From Phyllobates terribilis (lineage: Eukaryota), in contig NW_027362768.1 in the NCBI RefSeq assembly GCF_046119375.1, positions 144,894,001-144,958,000 on the forward strand: 64,000 nt of DNA, given 5' to 3'. Made by a program: the position numbers and the translations under genes. Each line of letters opens with the position of its first letter. Within the stretch, counting starts at the first letter, position 1. Under the pieces are notes generated by a model that saw nothing but the letters and a program-made list of their open reading frames with translations, had not been told where the DNA came from and ran no database searches. Positions 1-38,100 of this stretch are shown here, in pieces.

Positions 1-550
1 CCTGAAAAAAAGTTGTAAATGCAGAATTTACTAAATATTTTTTTAAAAATATATATATTTTTTTTGCAAAACATGATATTGCATTTAAAGGGGATAGGAA
101 AAAAATAATTAGGTGATTCTTTTAATACGCCGTACGTCATTTCATAATGAATCTTCCTTTGTAGGAGAATCTAATCATCTAAAAACGGAATATTGCTGAG
201 TCAATCATTTTAGGACACAATTGATTTTTATCATATTTATTTCTAAGTCAATGCATTAAGAGGACTTTTTACATACTTTACATTATGTCAGGTCACACTA
301 GACCTTCTATTCAAATTACCTTATCCTTTGACTAACCCAATCAGATGCTCTGTGAATGCCTTCTCCGCCCAACTGTCATGCCACCATCGTTACTAGTCCA
401 GAACCTTTACAAAGAGTTGTTGGGGAACAGTATATAAATAATACACACTATGTACCCTTCTCTTACACTACTGTATTTTGGAAGCTTTTTATGATGAAAA
501 TAACCAAAGATGTTCTTATAATTCAAGTGAGGTTCCTTAGTGATTTCACT

Positions 551-24686
<24,136 letters not shown>

Positions 24687-25894
24687 TCCGTCACCTTCCC
24701 AAAGTTTTCACCCAACGAGAAGATGTTAGATGGCCCCAAATCCTTATGGGAACGGCCAGTCTTTCTGCTCCCTCTCGTTGGACGTGGCCTCTTCTCAGCT
24801 ACACATTCTCTACCGGAGCCCACAAATACTTTTTTTTGCAGCTAGAAGATGTCTTCTCCGGTTACTGAGAAGGCCCCACAAGCCCTTTGTTCTGGCTGGA
24901 ATTACAGGATGCACCGCTAGAACTCTGCACTTGGACCTTGAGCCATAGAAATTCTTTCACGCAAGAGGAAAGGAATCCAGAGCGATTACTGACAATAGCT
25001 GGAGACGCGGTCGAATCTCGGATCATATCTACTAAGGGAGATTCAATAAGTATCATTACACCTAACCTTAGGGCGCCCAACAGTTGGGTCCTTTCTCTTC
25101 ACTCAATATCCAATTACATAGGTTTCTGACTAAGCAAAAATCACAGCTCAAGAACTCTGCTCAATTTTTGCAATGAGGTTTTGTTAAAAGTTTTGCAACA
25201 TTTGGATTTTACATGGTCTTTTTTTTTCCCCTGCTGATTGAGTTAACTGAGTATATGTCAGTGAGCGCTTTCTGCAAAAGTTAGTATCTCTTTTAAAGCA
25301 TTTTAACTTTTAGCTGACTATGACCAGCTCATCTTTGATGTGTTCTGTGGTCATAAATCAGCACAGAGAAGTTCAGAAAAAAGACAGAATTACAAACACT
25401 GTCAGCATGATCTCACTGACAGATTCTCAGTTAACTCATTCTGCCTACAAAAGGCAAATTAAAGGTTTTAATTAAATCCAACGGCACAAAAATTCATTTT
25501 ATCCCAAAAATCTGCAAGAAAACTTTTTTTTCCCCCCAGGTTTAAATTTTAAAATGAAAACAATGGTCTTACAAGATTTCCTTTAAATCATAGATACTTG
25601 TTTGTTAAAGCATTTGCCTCCAGATTTGCAGGTGTTATTAGGATCACTGTTGATTATAAGACTGAACTTGAATCATGCAATCAGACGATGTCCCTTATAC
25701 ACATCGTCCATGTGGACCATGATTCATGGACCAACCCGCTGGTTCCTTGACCTGAACCTCACATATATGAGGCTGTCAAGTTTGGGTCAGGAGACCTGCA
25801 GCTGGTCTGTGAATCATAGTCTACACTCAGAACGTGACACATGGATGATGTGAATAAGGAACATCGACCGACTCTAAGATGTAGCTGAAATTGA

Positions 25895-26589
25895 ATTATG
25901 CAAATCATTAGTGAAGCATGGTGGAAGAAACATCATACTTTGGGGGTGCTTTTCTGCACAGAACGACTGCACTGTATTGAAGGGAGGGTGGATGGGGTCA
26001 TGTATCTTGAGATTTTGGCCAACAACCTCCTTCCCTCAGTAGGAGCATTGAAGATGGGTCGTGATTGGGTCTTCCACCATGACAATAACCCGAAACACAC
26101 AGCCAGGGCAACTAAGAAGTGGCTCCGTAAGAAGCATTTCCAGGTCCTGGAGTGGCCTAACCAGTCTCCAGACCTGAACCCAATAGAAAATCTTTGGAGG
26201 GAGCTGAAGCTCAATGTTGGCCAGTGACAGCCCCGAAACCAGAAAGATCGGGAGAAGATCTGTATGGAGAAGTGGGCCAAAAATCCCTGCTGCAGTGTGT
26301 GCAAACCTGGTCAAGAACTACAGGAAACGTCTGACCTCTGTAATTGCAAATAAAGGTTTCTGTACCAAATATTAAGTTCTGTTTTCTATTGTATCAAATA
26401 CTTATTTCATGCAATAAAATGCAAATTAATTATGGAAAAATCATCCAATGTGATTTTCAGAATTTTTTTTTTGATTCTGTCTCTCACAGGTGAAGTGTAT
26501 CTACGATAAAAATTACAGACCTCTCCATTCTTTGTAGGTGGGAAAACTTGCAAAATTGGCAGTGTATCAAATACTTATTTTCCCCAATG
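25895..26589 (+). mobile_element. Tc1 3' fragment
   Basis: VKHGGG-like start, [20 protein letters not shown], right-ITR sequence CAAATACTTATTTTCCCC. Confidence 0.85.
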
Positions 26590-27651
26590 TATGTACATCT
26601 CCTCTCTGGCTCCCACTGTGCTGAATGTAACTTCCCACCGAAAGAAAATTGATGAATGGTAACTGTGGAAAAGCTTAGAAACACTTTTTTGAGGCCGATT
26701 TATGGATGTGTCCAAGGTTCCCCTACTAAATATTTCCCAAAGGACTTCTAGTTTTGCAGGGTGCAAATTCAATACATTATCGCGACATACTTTGTGGCTG
26801 CAATGAACATTACAATCACTAGGCGGCACATTTAACAAACAGTATCGCACAATAAGCCACTTCAACGAAGATGTAAAGTAAGGAAGAACACATCAATAAA
26901 TGTTTATAAAATAAGCTTCTATAAAGGAGTACAGAACCTAGTAATAAAATGTAAAAAATACATATATTCTTTATTATTACATATTTAAAAATAATAAAAG
27001 TTATTTGGCAAAAAACTTTGGACTGTGCACAAATATCCTCTAGATGGGAACCTAAAGACCTCGCCCCAATGTTGGTCTTGCTTTCACTTGTGGAAGAAGA
27101 AATTGCACGTGTGTCTCAGCACGATGTGGAGAATCTTCTCTGCTCTGAATGCAACGAAATAGGAGAAAGCCATCGTGATAAGAAAAGAAGTAAACTTACT
27201 TCGATTTACAATTGGTTTGAACAGCTGGGGTAAATCTCTAATTCTGGGGCCCATACTTTAGTTCCATGTGTAAAAAGCAATACATTATTACATATGTAGC
27301 TAAAGTACTTGACACTTATACAAAGAATTACTTTGGTATATCTTTGTCTATGCAGAGCACTAGCTCTTAGTTATTTTATATACCGTATTTTTCGGACCAT
27401 AAGACGCACCCCAGGTTTAGACAGCGGAAAATAGGAAAAAAAATGTCCTATTAATTAAAACTTAATTAAAACTTCCCCGGCGGTGTGAAGTGGAAGGGCC
27501 ATTATCACTAATTTTAATGTACTAGGGTAGAATAGAGGTAATAAATATATTGTTGGCGTTTCTCTGCAGTGTGTATTATACACACAAAGCTCTACTACAT
27601 ACACACTACATGTAGCAGAGCTGTGTATGTCTGTAAATGTACCTTTACAGA

Positions 27652-28046
27652 CACCCAGCTCTGCTACATGCACATTTGCATACGCACCCAGCTCTGCTAC
27701 ATGCACATTTGCATACGCACCCAGCTCTGCTACATGCACATTTGCATACGCACCCAGCTCTGCTACATGCACATTTGCATACGCACCCAGCTCTGCTACA
27801 TGCACATTTGCATACGCACCCAGCTCTGCTACATGCACATTTGCATACGCACCCAGCTCTGCTACATGCACATTTGCATACGCACCCAGCTCTGCTACAT
27901 GCACATTTGCATACGCACCCAGCTCTGCTACATGCACATTTGCATACGCACCCAGCTCTGCTACATGCACATTTGCATACGCACCCAGCTCTGCTACATG
28001 CACATTTGCATACACACCCAGCTCTGCTACATGCACATTTACACAC
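27652..28046. repeat. 33-bp minisatellite, 12 units (CACCCAGCTCTGCTACATGCACATTTGCATACG)
   Basis: Near-perfect tandem copies; 11-aa periodicity in the ORF track. Confidence 0.97.
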
Positions 28047-28138
28047 ACGTCTTGCAGTTTCTGATGGGACCTGAATGGCAGCTGCATGAGCAGAGCAGCT
28101 GAAGGACCTTCTACTTGATTAACTCAAGGATAATAAAT

Positions 28139-28206
<68 letters not shown>

Positions 28207-29064
28207 TATATATTTAATTACATATATTATTGTAACTCACTCTTTTGATGCCTAAACTCTTCTCTGTATGATGTTGTAGGTTTTTGCTACTTTTAACTAT
28301 GTAATAATAAAGATAATTAGATTTTTTTTTTACATTTAATTATTAAGTTCTGCTCTGATTTTTGAAAGGTTATTTCATATTTTTGGTGCAAATAGAACTA
28401 TATATTTTAGAGACACCACTTCAGTTTGGTATAACATATGTTTATAGTCCAACTCTTTTATAGGTTTACGTAGTCACAAGACGGCCTTTCTGATTTTTGC
28501 AGATCTGTAATAAAAGTGAGGCCATGTTTTGTCTGGTGATTAAAGTGGTTTCCCCTCTTTATATACCATATTAGATAATATGGATGTTACAGAGGAGGGA
28601 GTGTGGGGGGGGGGGGGAATTTTGCTGCTAAAGCCATGGGGTTTCACTCTGGTTGACCCAAAGATCATGAAATTCTACAAACTGTTAGCGGTGTTGCACA
28701 AGATAAGAGAAACATGGCTGCTGTCTTCCAAAATTCAACAACACTTATAAATCGGTTGTGTTTCGTAGCGCAAATCATATACGGCCTGTGGACAGGTGCA
28801 GCACCGCTTTTGGAAGAAATCAGCCATGTTTTTTAAATTCTGGAATACCCCTTTAACCTCAAAGCTTAGAGAAGCCGAACCAAAACAATAGGCAACATTA
28901 TTGCTCTTGGTTAGTGGTGCACGCTCCGATGTGGTGATTCTTCGGCAAATTGAAACAATAATGAAAACCTTGCCGAAACCTCCCAAAATAATAGAGGTAG
29001 AGGTTACATTGTATTCAGCAGTCAGCTGGACATGACGTGTCAAAGTTCATAAATCCTTTACATA

Positions 29065-29167
29065 TCAGCGTATCCTGTAAAGTTTTTTGTCGGAAAAATA
29101 TTTTTTGCAGAAAGGGGATTGCTTAGCAAAAACAAGAAATGATGGCGTCCCGGCTTTCACACAAAAC
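29065..29167 (-). CDS. TTC4: TTC4 terminal coding exon ([33 protein letters not shown])
   Basis: ttttcctag acceptor, TGA at 29067-29065, TP.FLV motif. Confidence 0.92.
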
Positions 29168-32100
29168 CTAGGAAAAGGCAAGACAGCAATAAGTATAGTA
29201 CAGCAATAAGTACAGCAATGGTTCACTCGTTCATTCAACACAAGCACAATATTAAAATAGTAACTACTTTTTTTTTGTCTTGTACAATTTTGTTCAATTT
29301 TACGAATCTTTGCAACTCACTTTATTAGAGCATCTGTATTTATGCCTCTAAAAAAGTGCATGTAAGTGGCTTCCAAGTCCCTGCTTTTCCCTGCCTTCAG
29401 CCGCATTGATATCTGAGCATATTCCTTAGGAGTATGTAGCACTATGCCCAGCGCCCCTGCATGGTGTCCCTTTCTTCCTCCATGCAGGGATGCCGGCTTA
29501 CTCACCGCCCCGGCCCAGCGTGCTCCTGCCTCCTTCTTCTTCAGTGCATGCTGCACTGTGTTCTGGTGGCATGCCTAGGGCACGCACGCTTCCCTGATCT
29601 TAAAGAGGCAGCGCGTACACATTGTAAATGCTCTGAGCAACAGCTGGGAGGCATTTAGTCAAATGTGTGCTCACCTGCAAGGTGTCTCCCAGCCAATAGT
29701 TGGCTCCCCAATAGGGAGGTGTCTGAGCAAACCCTATAGCTCTGCGTTAGGTGGCTGGTGTGTATGCAACTGTATATTGCCAGGTCTTCCCATCCCTAGT
29801 CTGTATTAATATCCCATGTCCTGTTAGTCCGTCATAGTTAGTCCTTGTTCCCTGTGTCCGCTTCGGCGGTGTCCGAATCCCGAAACTGCGCCTGCGGTAC
29901 CTGTACCCTTTGGCCGCATAGGCGGTACCTGACAGCTATCCTGAGACTAGTGTGTCTGAATCTGTCCGTGTGGCTGTCGGGCCTACACAGCCCGTTCCTG
30001 TCCCAAGTGGTTGTTCTGCTCCATAGAAACGTCTCTGCTCTTTGGGGTCAGCAGCTACTGCTGGACATCGCCCTGGAGTGCTACCTGGCAGAAACCTGTC
30101 GCACAAACCTGACCTCACCACTAGAGGCTTCAGTGAACACCAAAGTAGCTGCTTAGTTATGCCCTTCCTGGGTAAGTCTGGTTTGTGGCACAAAGGTTCC
30201 ACGAACCACTTGCGCCACACCTAATAGCGTAACAGAGTACAGATGATGGCAGTGATGGGTCAGCACCTGTCTCCTCCCTAGTGTTGGGCTTATCAGAACA
30301 TTCTCCTGCAGCAGCTTAATCCCAGAGTTAGTGAAACACAGGCGCTGAGCTGACCCTTCACTGCCATCATCTGTACTCCAAATGAGAATCGTCTGATATC
30401 ACTGAAGTTGAAGGCAGGCAAATAGACTGGGAAACATCATGGATTTGGAAGTCACTTCCATGCAATTTTTTTTACAGGCATGAAGACAAATCTCCAGATA
30501 AAGTGATTTGCAAAATGTTATAATATTGATCCAGGTAACTAGTCTGAATGACGTACGTGGAGTCAGGGAGGGATTTTCCCCTAATATGAGGCAATTAGCA
30601 TGTTGCCTCATGGGTTTTTGCCTTCCTCCGGATCAATATGTTAGGGTATAGCTTGAACTCGATCAAATTTTGTCTAACTTCAATCTAAAAAAACATAAAA
30701 CTTTCAGTGCTGGACAAAATTATAAAAAAAAAAAAGTTTAGTTACTCTGTAACTTAGAAAAAACAACACACATCATCCATTCCTAAGTAGGTTGTTCTCA
30801 CCTGCTGTGCTGCAGCACCTGGAGTAATGTCTTGTCCGGATCTACCTGGTAAAAGGACTGAGACATTTCATCCTCAAAGAAGATCTGCAAAATGAGACAA
30901 GATTGTAGACATTTTCCCTGCAATAGTGTATATGTCAAGCAGACTAAGCATTGGGTACACATGTGGTTCCTAAGTGATGGATACAGCCCTTTGATTTTGA
31001 TAATGGAGGGCGATACTATGCTTCTATTAAATTAACCCCTTTACAACCCAAGGTGGTTTGCACGTTAATGACCAGGCCAATTTTTACAATTCTGACCACT
31101 GTCACTTTATGAGGTAATTACTCTGGAACGCTTCAAAGGATCCCCCTGATTCTGAGATTGTTTTTTCGTGACATATTGTACTTCATGATTGTGGAAAAAT
31201 TTCTTCGATATCACTTGCGTTTATTTGTGGAAAAAAAAACTGAAATTTGGCAAAAATTTAGCAATTTTCAAAATTTGAATTTTCATGCCCTTAAATCAGA
31301 GCGATATGTCACACAAAATACTTAATAAATAACATTTCCCACATGTCTACTTTACATCAGCACAATTTTGGAACCAATTTTTTTTTTTTATTAGTGCGCT
31401 ATAAGGGTTAAAAGTTGACCAGCGATTTCTCATTTTTCCAACACAATTTACAAAACCATTTTTTTAGGGACCACATCACATTTGAAGTGACTTTGACGGG
31501 TCTATATGACAGAAAATACCCAAAAGTGACAGCATTCTAAAAACTGCACCCCTCAAGGTGCTCAAAACCACATTCAAGAACTTTATTAACCCTTCAGGTG
31601 CTTCACAGGAAGTTTTGGAATGTGGAAGAAAAAAAATTAACATTTAACTTTTTTCACAAACAACACAATTTTTTTTATTTTCGCAGGGGTAACAGGAAAA
31701 AAACGGACCCCAAAATTTGTTGTGCAATTTCCCTGAGCACGCAGATACCCCATATGTGGGGAAAAAACACTGTTTGGGTGCACGGCAAGGTTCGGAAGGG
31801 AAGGAGAGCCATTTGACTTTTTGAATGTAGAATTAGCTTGAATAATTAGCGGACGCCATGTTGCGTTTGGAGGGCCCCTGATGTGCCTAAACAGTGGCAA
31901 CCCCCCACAAGTGACACCATTTTGGAAACTAGACCCCTCAGGGAACTTATCTAGATGTGGGGTGAGCATCTTGAACCCCAAGGTGCTTCACAGAAGTTTA
32001 TAACATTGAGCCATAAAAATAAAATTTTCACATATTTCCCACAAAAATGTTTTTCAGCCCCCAATTTTGCATTTTCAGAAGGGTAACAGGAGAAATTGCA

Positions 32101-35100
32101 CTATGCAGTTTGTTGTGCAATTTCTCCTGAGTAAGCAGATACCCCATACGTGGGGGAAAACCACTGTTTGGGCGTACTGCAGGGTTCGGAAGGGAAGGAG
32201 CGCCATTTGACTTTTTGATTGTAAAATTTGCTTGAATAATTAGCGGATGCCATGTTGCATTTGGAGAGCCCCTGATGTGCCTAAACAGTGGAAACCCCCC
32301 ACAAGTGACACCATTTTGGAAACTAGACCCCTCAGGGAACTTATCTAGATGTGTGGTGAGCACCCTGAACCCCCAAGTGCTTTACAGAAGTTTATGACAT
32401 GGAGCTGTGAAAATAAAAAAATAAAGCTTTTTCCACAAAAATGTTTTAGCCCCATTTTTTTTATTTTCACAAGGGTAAGAGGAGAAAATGGACCCCAAAA
32501 ACTTTTGTGCAATTTCTCCTGAGTACGCCAATACCCCATATGTGGCGAAAATACAGTGTTTGGGCTCATGACAGAGTTCAGAAGGGAAGGAGCACTGTGT
32601 GACTTTTTGAACGCAAAATTGGCTGGAATTGAGAGCGGACGCCATGTCGCGTTTGGAGAGCCCCTGATGTGCCTAAATAGTGGAAACCCCCCACAAGTGA
32701 CCCCATTTTGGAAACTACACCCCTCAAGGATTTTATGAAGGGGTAGTGAACATTTAGAACACAGAGGTACGACACAGAATTTGATAACATTAGGTCATCA
32801 TATTGAATAAGTTGTCATTAGTCTTGAGCACAAGTGCTCGCTAGTTGAGTTTGCATCGGGTACTCTGGTATGCATCATGTATCACGGGTGCTCGAGTCCC
32901 CGCCCGCATGTTTCACGGTTATTAGACACCCAAAAAAAACATGCGGGGAACGCTCGTGCATGGCAGGCAATCCCCGCGAGGTTTTCTTGGCCGCGAAGCA
33001 TAGGGGGCGGAGACTCGAGCATGTCACTTGAGCACCCGCGATACTAAGTGCATACACAAGCACCCGATACAAACTGAAGTAGCGACACTTGCGCTCAACA
33101 CTAGTCGCCATATCGTCATCTTTTTTTTTTTACTTTTGAAAAAACTCCCAACCCTAACCCCAACCCTACCCTAACCCCAACCCTAGCCCAACCCCAACCC
33201 TAGCCCAACCCCAACCCTAGCCCAACCCCAACCCTAGCCCAATCCTAACCCTAGCCCAATCCTAACCCTAGCCCAATCCTAACCCTAGCCCAATCCTAAC
33301 CCTAGCCCAACCCTAACCCTAGCCCAACCCTAACCCTAGCCCAACCCTAACCCTAGCCCAACCCTAACCCTAGCCCAACCCTAACCCGAGAGTTTATTTT
33401 TTTACGCCGTTCCTCGTGCTGTATAAGTGATTAGACGACTTTATTCTTCGAGTCGGTGCGACTACAGCGATACCAGAATCATATGGGGTTTTTATGATTG
33501 ACAGCTGTCACACACTAAAAAATGCATTTTTTTGCAAAATCTAGTTTTTGCATCGCCATATTTTGAGAGCTATATTTTTTCTAGATTTTGGCAGACAGTC
33601 ATGTGACGGCTTGTTTTTCTGCGGGATGAGTTGACGCTTTTATTGGTGCCATTTTCAGGCATGTTACATTTTTTGATCGCTTTCTATTCCAATTTTTGGG
33701 AGGCAGAATAAACAAAAACCAACAATTCAGGAATTTTTTTATTTTTTTTAAATTTTATGCTGTTTCGCGTGTGGTAAAATTTATAAGGTAGCTTTATTCT
33801 TCGGGTCAGTACGTTTACAGCGGTACCACATTTATATCGTTTTCTATGTTTTGGCGCTTTTACACAATAAAAGCTATTTTATAGAAAAACACCAAGGTTA
33901 CTTACTGGTAGCCGGTTTTTCCTGAGCCCATGACAGCACACCTTGAAAGAGGATCCGCCCCACCAAGGACAGGAAACCGTCTGAAATAAAAGGGCGGTAC
34001 CTCTCCCTCGCTTCAGTTGTTTACAGAGCATTGAGAGGACCTCCCTAAACAGGTTAGGCACATAACCAACACCACAATATACATATACACACCACCACCC
34101 CAAACAGTGCACACCAGGGTGTGAGAAACATAGAAAAAATAAGGGGGGGAAACTACGGGTGCTGTCATGGGCTCAGGAAAAACCGGCTACCGGTAAGTAA
34201 CCTTGGTGTTTTCCCCTCCCCCATGACAGCACACCTTGAGAGAATTTTGGAGAATTTATGAGCACCCTAGGGAGGGACCACCGCCTGAAGTACCCTTCTC
34301 CCAAAGGTGAGATCAGAAGAGGATAGATCCAACCGATAGTGCTTAAAGAAGGTGGATGGTGTAGACCAAGTAGCAGCCCTACATATCTGCTCGATCGAGA
34401 CGTCTGCTCTCTCTGCCCAGGAGGTTGCAACGGCTCTGGTGGAATGAGCCCTCACATTGTCCGGGGCTGGAACCCCTGTGGACGTATAGGCTAAGCAAAT
34501 GGCCTCCTTGAGCCACCTAGAGATGGTACCCTTGGACACCCCGTGACCTTTCCTACACCCTTGAAAGGCCAGGAACAGAGAACCGTCTTTCCTCCACAGA
34601 CTAGTCATGTGAATGTACTGAAGCAGGGACCTCCTAACATCTAGGCTATGGAACCTGACTTCCCCTGGGTTCTTGGGATTGCTGCAGAACGAGGGTAGCA
34701 CAATCTCCTGACTACGGTGAAATCTAGATACCACCTTGGGAAGGTATGCTGGATCTGGCCGCAAGGTGACCCTATCCTCAAAGATTTGTGTGTAAGGAGG
34801 ATTAACCGAAAGGGCCTGCAGATCACCCACCCTACGGGCTGACGTTAAGGCCACTAGGAGGATGGTCTTAAGGGTGAGAATTTTTGGAGAAACCTTGTGT
34901 AGAGGTTCAAATGGTTCACTAGTAAGAGCGTTCAAGACTAAGTTCAGGTCCCAAGGAGGAACACCCAAGGATCTAACCGGTCCTGCTCTGGCACAGGACT
35001 TGATAAACCTCGAGATCCACCTATTCCCAGCCAGATTACAATTGTAGAGTGCTCCCAAAGCTGAAACTTGAACCTTAAGGGTCCCTGTAGCTAGACCCAG

Positions 35101-38100
35101 GTCCCACCCCTTTTGCAGAAATTCCAGGATCCCTCTGATCGGAGGTTTGCTCGATAGCGGGATATCTATAAACTCTAGGAATTTAGCCCAAACCCTGCTA
35201 TAAATCTTAGTTGTAATTGGTTTTCTGCTCCCCAATAAAGTAGAAACTAAGCCTGGTGAAAACCCCTTGCTACTCAATAGCGACCTCTCAAATTCCATGC
35301 CGAAAGATGGAACCCCCTGGCCTGGGTATGGAATACTGGTCCCTGCATGAGAAGGTCCGGCCTCTCTGGTAGAATCCAGGGATCTGACACCGACATTAGC
35401 CGAAGCAAAGAGAACCAAGGCCTCTTGGGCCAAAAAGGGGCTATCAAAATCACCCTGGCGCCTTCCTCCCGGATCTTCCTCACCACTACTGGAATCATCA
35501 CTAATGGCGGAAAGGCATAGGCCTTCCTGAACCCCCAAGGAATCTGGAGGGCATCTACGGCATGGGGATTTTCTGCCGGATTTAGGGAGCAAAATCTCTG
35601 CACCTTTCTGTTTGCCCTTGTGGCGAACAGGTCTATGTCTGGCTGCCCCCATAACTGGACAATCTGATGGAAGACCTCCGGGTTCAACCCCCACTCCCCC
35701 TGTCTTAGAGTATGGCGGCTTAGAAAATCTGCTTTCACGTTTTCCATCTCCTTTATGTGAAGGGCGCTGAGGGATAGGAGGTTTCGCTCTGCTAGACCAA
35801 GGATCCTGTCTGCCACCACCATCAGAGGGCGTGACCTTGTCCCTCCTTGGTGATTCACATAGGCTACTGCTGTCCGGTTGTCGGACCTAACCTGGACATG
35901 GTGATTTTGGATGTGAGGGAGGAAGCCCCTGAGGGATCTTTCTACGGCCCAAAGCTCCTTTAAGTTTGAGGATGCTCCCCCCTCGTGGTAAGCCCAGTGA
36001 CCCTGTATTGCGAGTTCTGCAAGATGACCCCCATCCGGAACTGCTTGCGTCGGTCGTAATTACCCGATCTACTGGTCTGGACCATTGAACGCCTGCGGTT
36101 AGATTTCCCCTGGCTGTCCACCACGAAAGGGAATCTACTACTTGTGGGGAGAGAGAGAGCCTGCCTTCTAAATGCCCGTTGCAGGACCTCTGTGCTGACA
36201 GGACCTCCCACTGAAGCCGCCTCATATGCCCCTGGGCCCACATTACTGCTGGGAGACAGGCCGTCATAGAACCCAGGAGGGACATTGCCTCTCTCAGAGA
36301 CATCTCTGGAGCTTGAATGGCCTTCGAGACTAATGCAATCAACCTGCAGATTTTGTCCTCTGGGAGGAAGCAGGTTTGGCGACGAGAGTCTAGGATTAGA
36401 CCCAGAAAGGTCTGAGTCCTGGAGGGGGTTAGTCTTGATTTTTGGAAATTTACTAACCACCCCAGCTGATGCAACACTTCCGTGACCACTAGGAGCTGAC
36501 TGGAGCAGTGGGCTTCTGTTTTCCCTATTATCAAGAAGTCGTCTAAATATGGCACGATCACTACATTCTTGATCCGTAGGAAGGCTGTCACTTCTGCTAT
36601 TAGTTTCATAAATATTCTCGGGGCAATGGAGAGGCCAAAGGGTAGGGCAGCAAACTGAAAATGCCTCAGCTTCCCCTGAATAAACAGGGCTACTCTCAGA
36701 TACTTCTGATACTCCGGATGGATTGGGACGTGATAATATGCGTCCTTCAAGTCTATTACAGCCATAAAGCAGTTGCGATGTAAGAGCTTCACTGCCGAGC
36801 TTACTGACTCCATCTTGAAAGTCTGGTTTTCTACTACTTGGTTCAGACTCCTGAGGTTGATGATGGTCCTTAAGGACCCGTTTGTTTTTTTTTATCATGA
36901 ATAGTGGGGAATAGAACCCCCTCCCTCTCTGTGTTGCTGGTACTTCGAGAAGGACCTGCTTTCCTACTAACTCTAACACTTCTGTTTCCAGGGCTAATTG
37001 TTCTTCCTGGACCTTTCGTAGGGGGGTAACCACAAAGGTCCGCCAGGGGGTCTGGCTGAACCGGATCTTCAGGCCCCCACTGATAATTTTCAGAATCCAG
37101 GGGTTTGCTGTTATCGCATCCCAAGCTGGAAGAAAGTGGGAAAGCCTTCCACCCACTTCCAGCCTGGCGTCATTGGGAGGATCCCTTCGAACTCGAGGAT
37201 GGTCCTCCAAACATGTAGCCCGATTCTTTTTTGGACTTGGCTTCCCATTTGTTTTTGTCTCCCGGAGGACGACCCCGGTTAAATTTTCTCCTCCGAAAAC
37301 TAAATCTTCTTGGTTCCCCCGAAAATCCCGGGAACCCTTTGGTTTTATCGCCTGCTTTTTCCAACAGGTCTTCTAACTTTTGGCCAAACAGGAGTCTACC
37401 ATCACATGGGAGGGAGCACAGTTTCTGTTTCGAAGGTAGGTCGCCTGGGCAACCTTTGAGCCACAAGGCCCGCCTGGCTGCGTTGGATAGTCCCGCTGCC
37501 CTAGCTGACAGTCTGACCGAGTCAGCTGAAGAGTCGGCCAGGAAGGCCGATGCTGTTTGTATTAGAGGTAGCTCTGCAAGTATTGCCTGTCTGGAGACCT
37601 TTTTATCTTTAAGCTGGTCTTCCAGCTGTTGGAGCCACACCATCAAGGACCTCGCCACACAGGTGCTAGCCACCGCTGGTTTTAGGCCACCTGCCGCCGC
37701 CTCCCACGTGTGGCGCAGGAAGGAGTCAGCTCTTTTATCCAGGGCATCTTTTAGGACGCCAGAGTCCTCCAAGGGCAGGGAAGATCTTTTCGATGACCTT
37801 GCCACAGTCCCGTCCACCTTGGGGATCTTATCCCAAGGTTCCGCATCCTTCTCTTCGAAGGGGTACCTTCTTTTGGAGAAGGAGGGTAAAGCCCCTGATC
37901 TCTCAGGTCTCCTCCACTCCCGGTCAATGAGGCCCTGAATCTTACTGTTAACCGGAAATGAGCGTCTCTTCTTCTCTCCCAAGCCCGCAAACATGATGTC
38001 CTCCCGGGATTTAGATGCTCTCTCTTCCTCCAGACCCATGGTTGATCTTACTGCCCTAACCAGTCTGTCTGTATTCTCAATGGGGAAGCAGGGTCTACCG

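Noticed and set aside
24730-24948. Plus-strand FVLAGITG peptide resembling the FAM151A N-terminus
   Set aside because: Wrong strand; the real exon 1 is at 24686-24572 with a phase-compatible donor.
27652-28046. CRISPR-like appearance of regular 33-34-bp repeats (also 53058-53696)
   Set aside because: No unique spacers, no cas genes, eukaryotic context.
27455-28102. Long ORFs with 11-aa periodicity on both strands
   Set aside because: Artefacts of the stop-free 33-bp minisatellite.
33147-33387. Ancestral telomere fusion site
   Set aside because: One orientation only, degenerate, and embedded in a TE.
35960-37210. 416-aa ORF as a separate gene
   Set aside because: Chimera: start of pol plus the overlapping ORF3 frame, joined by the A-run frameshift.
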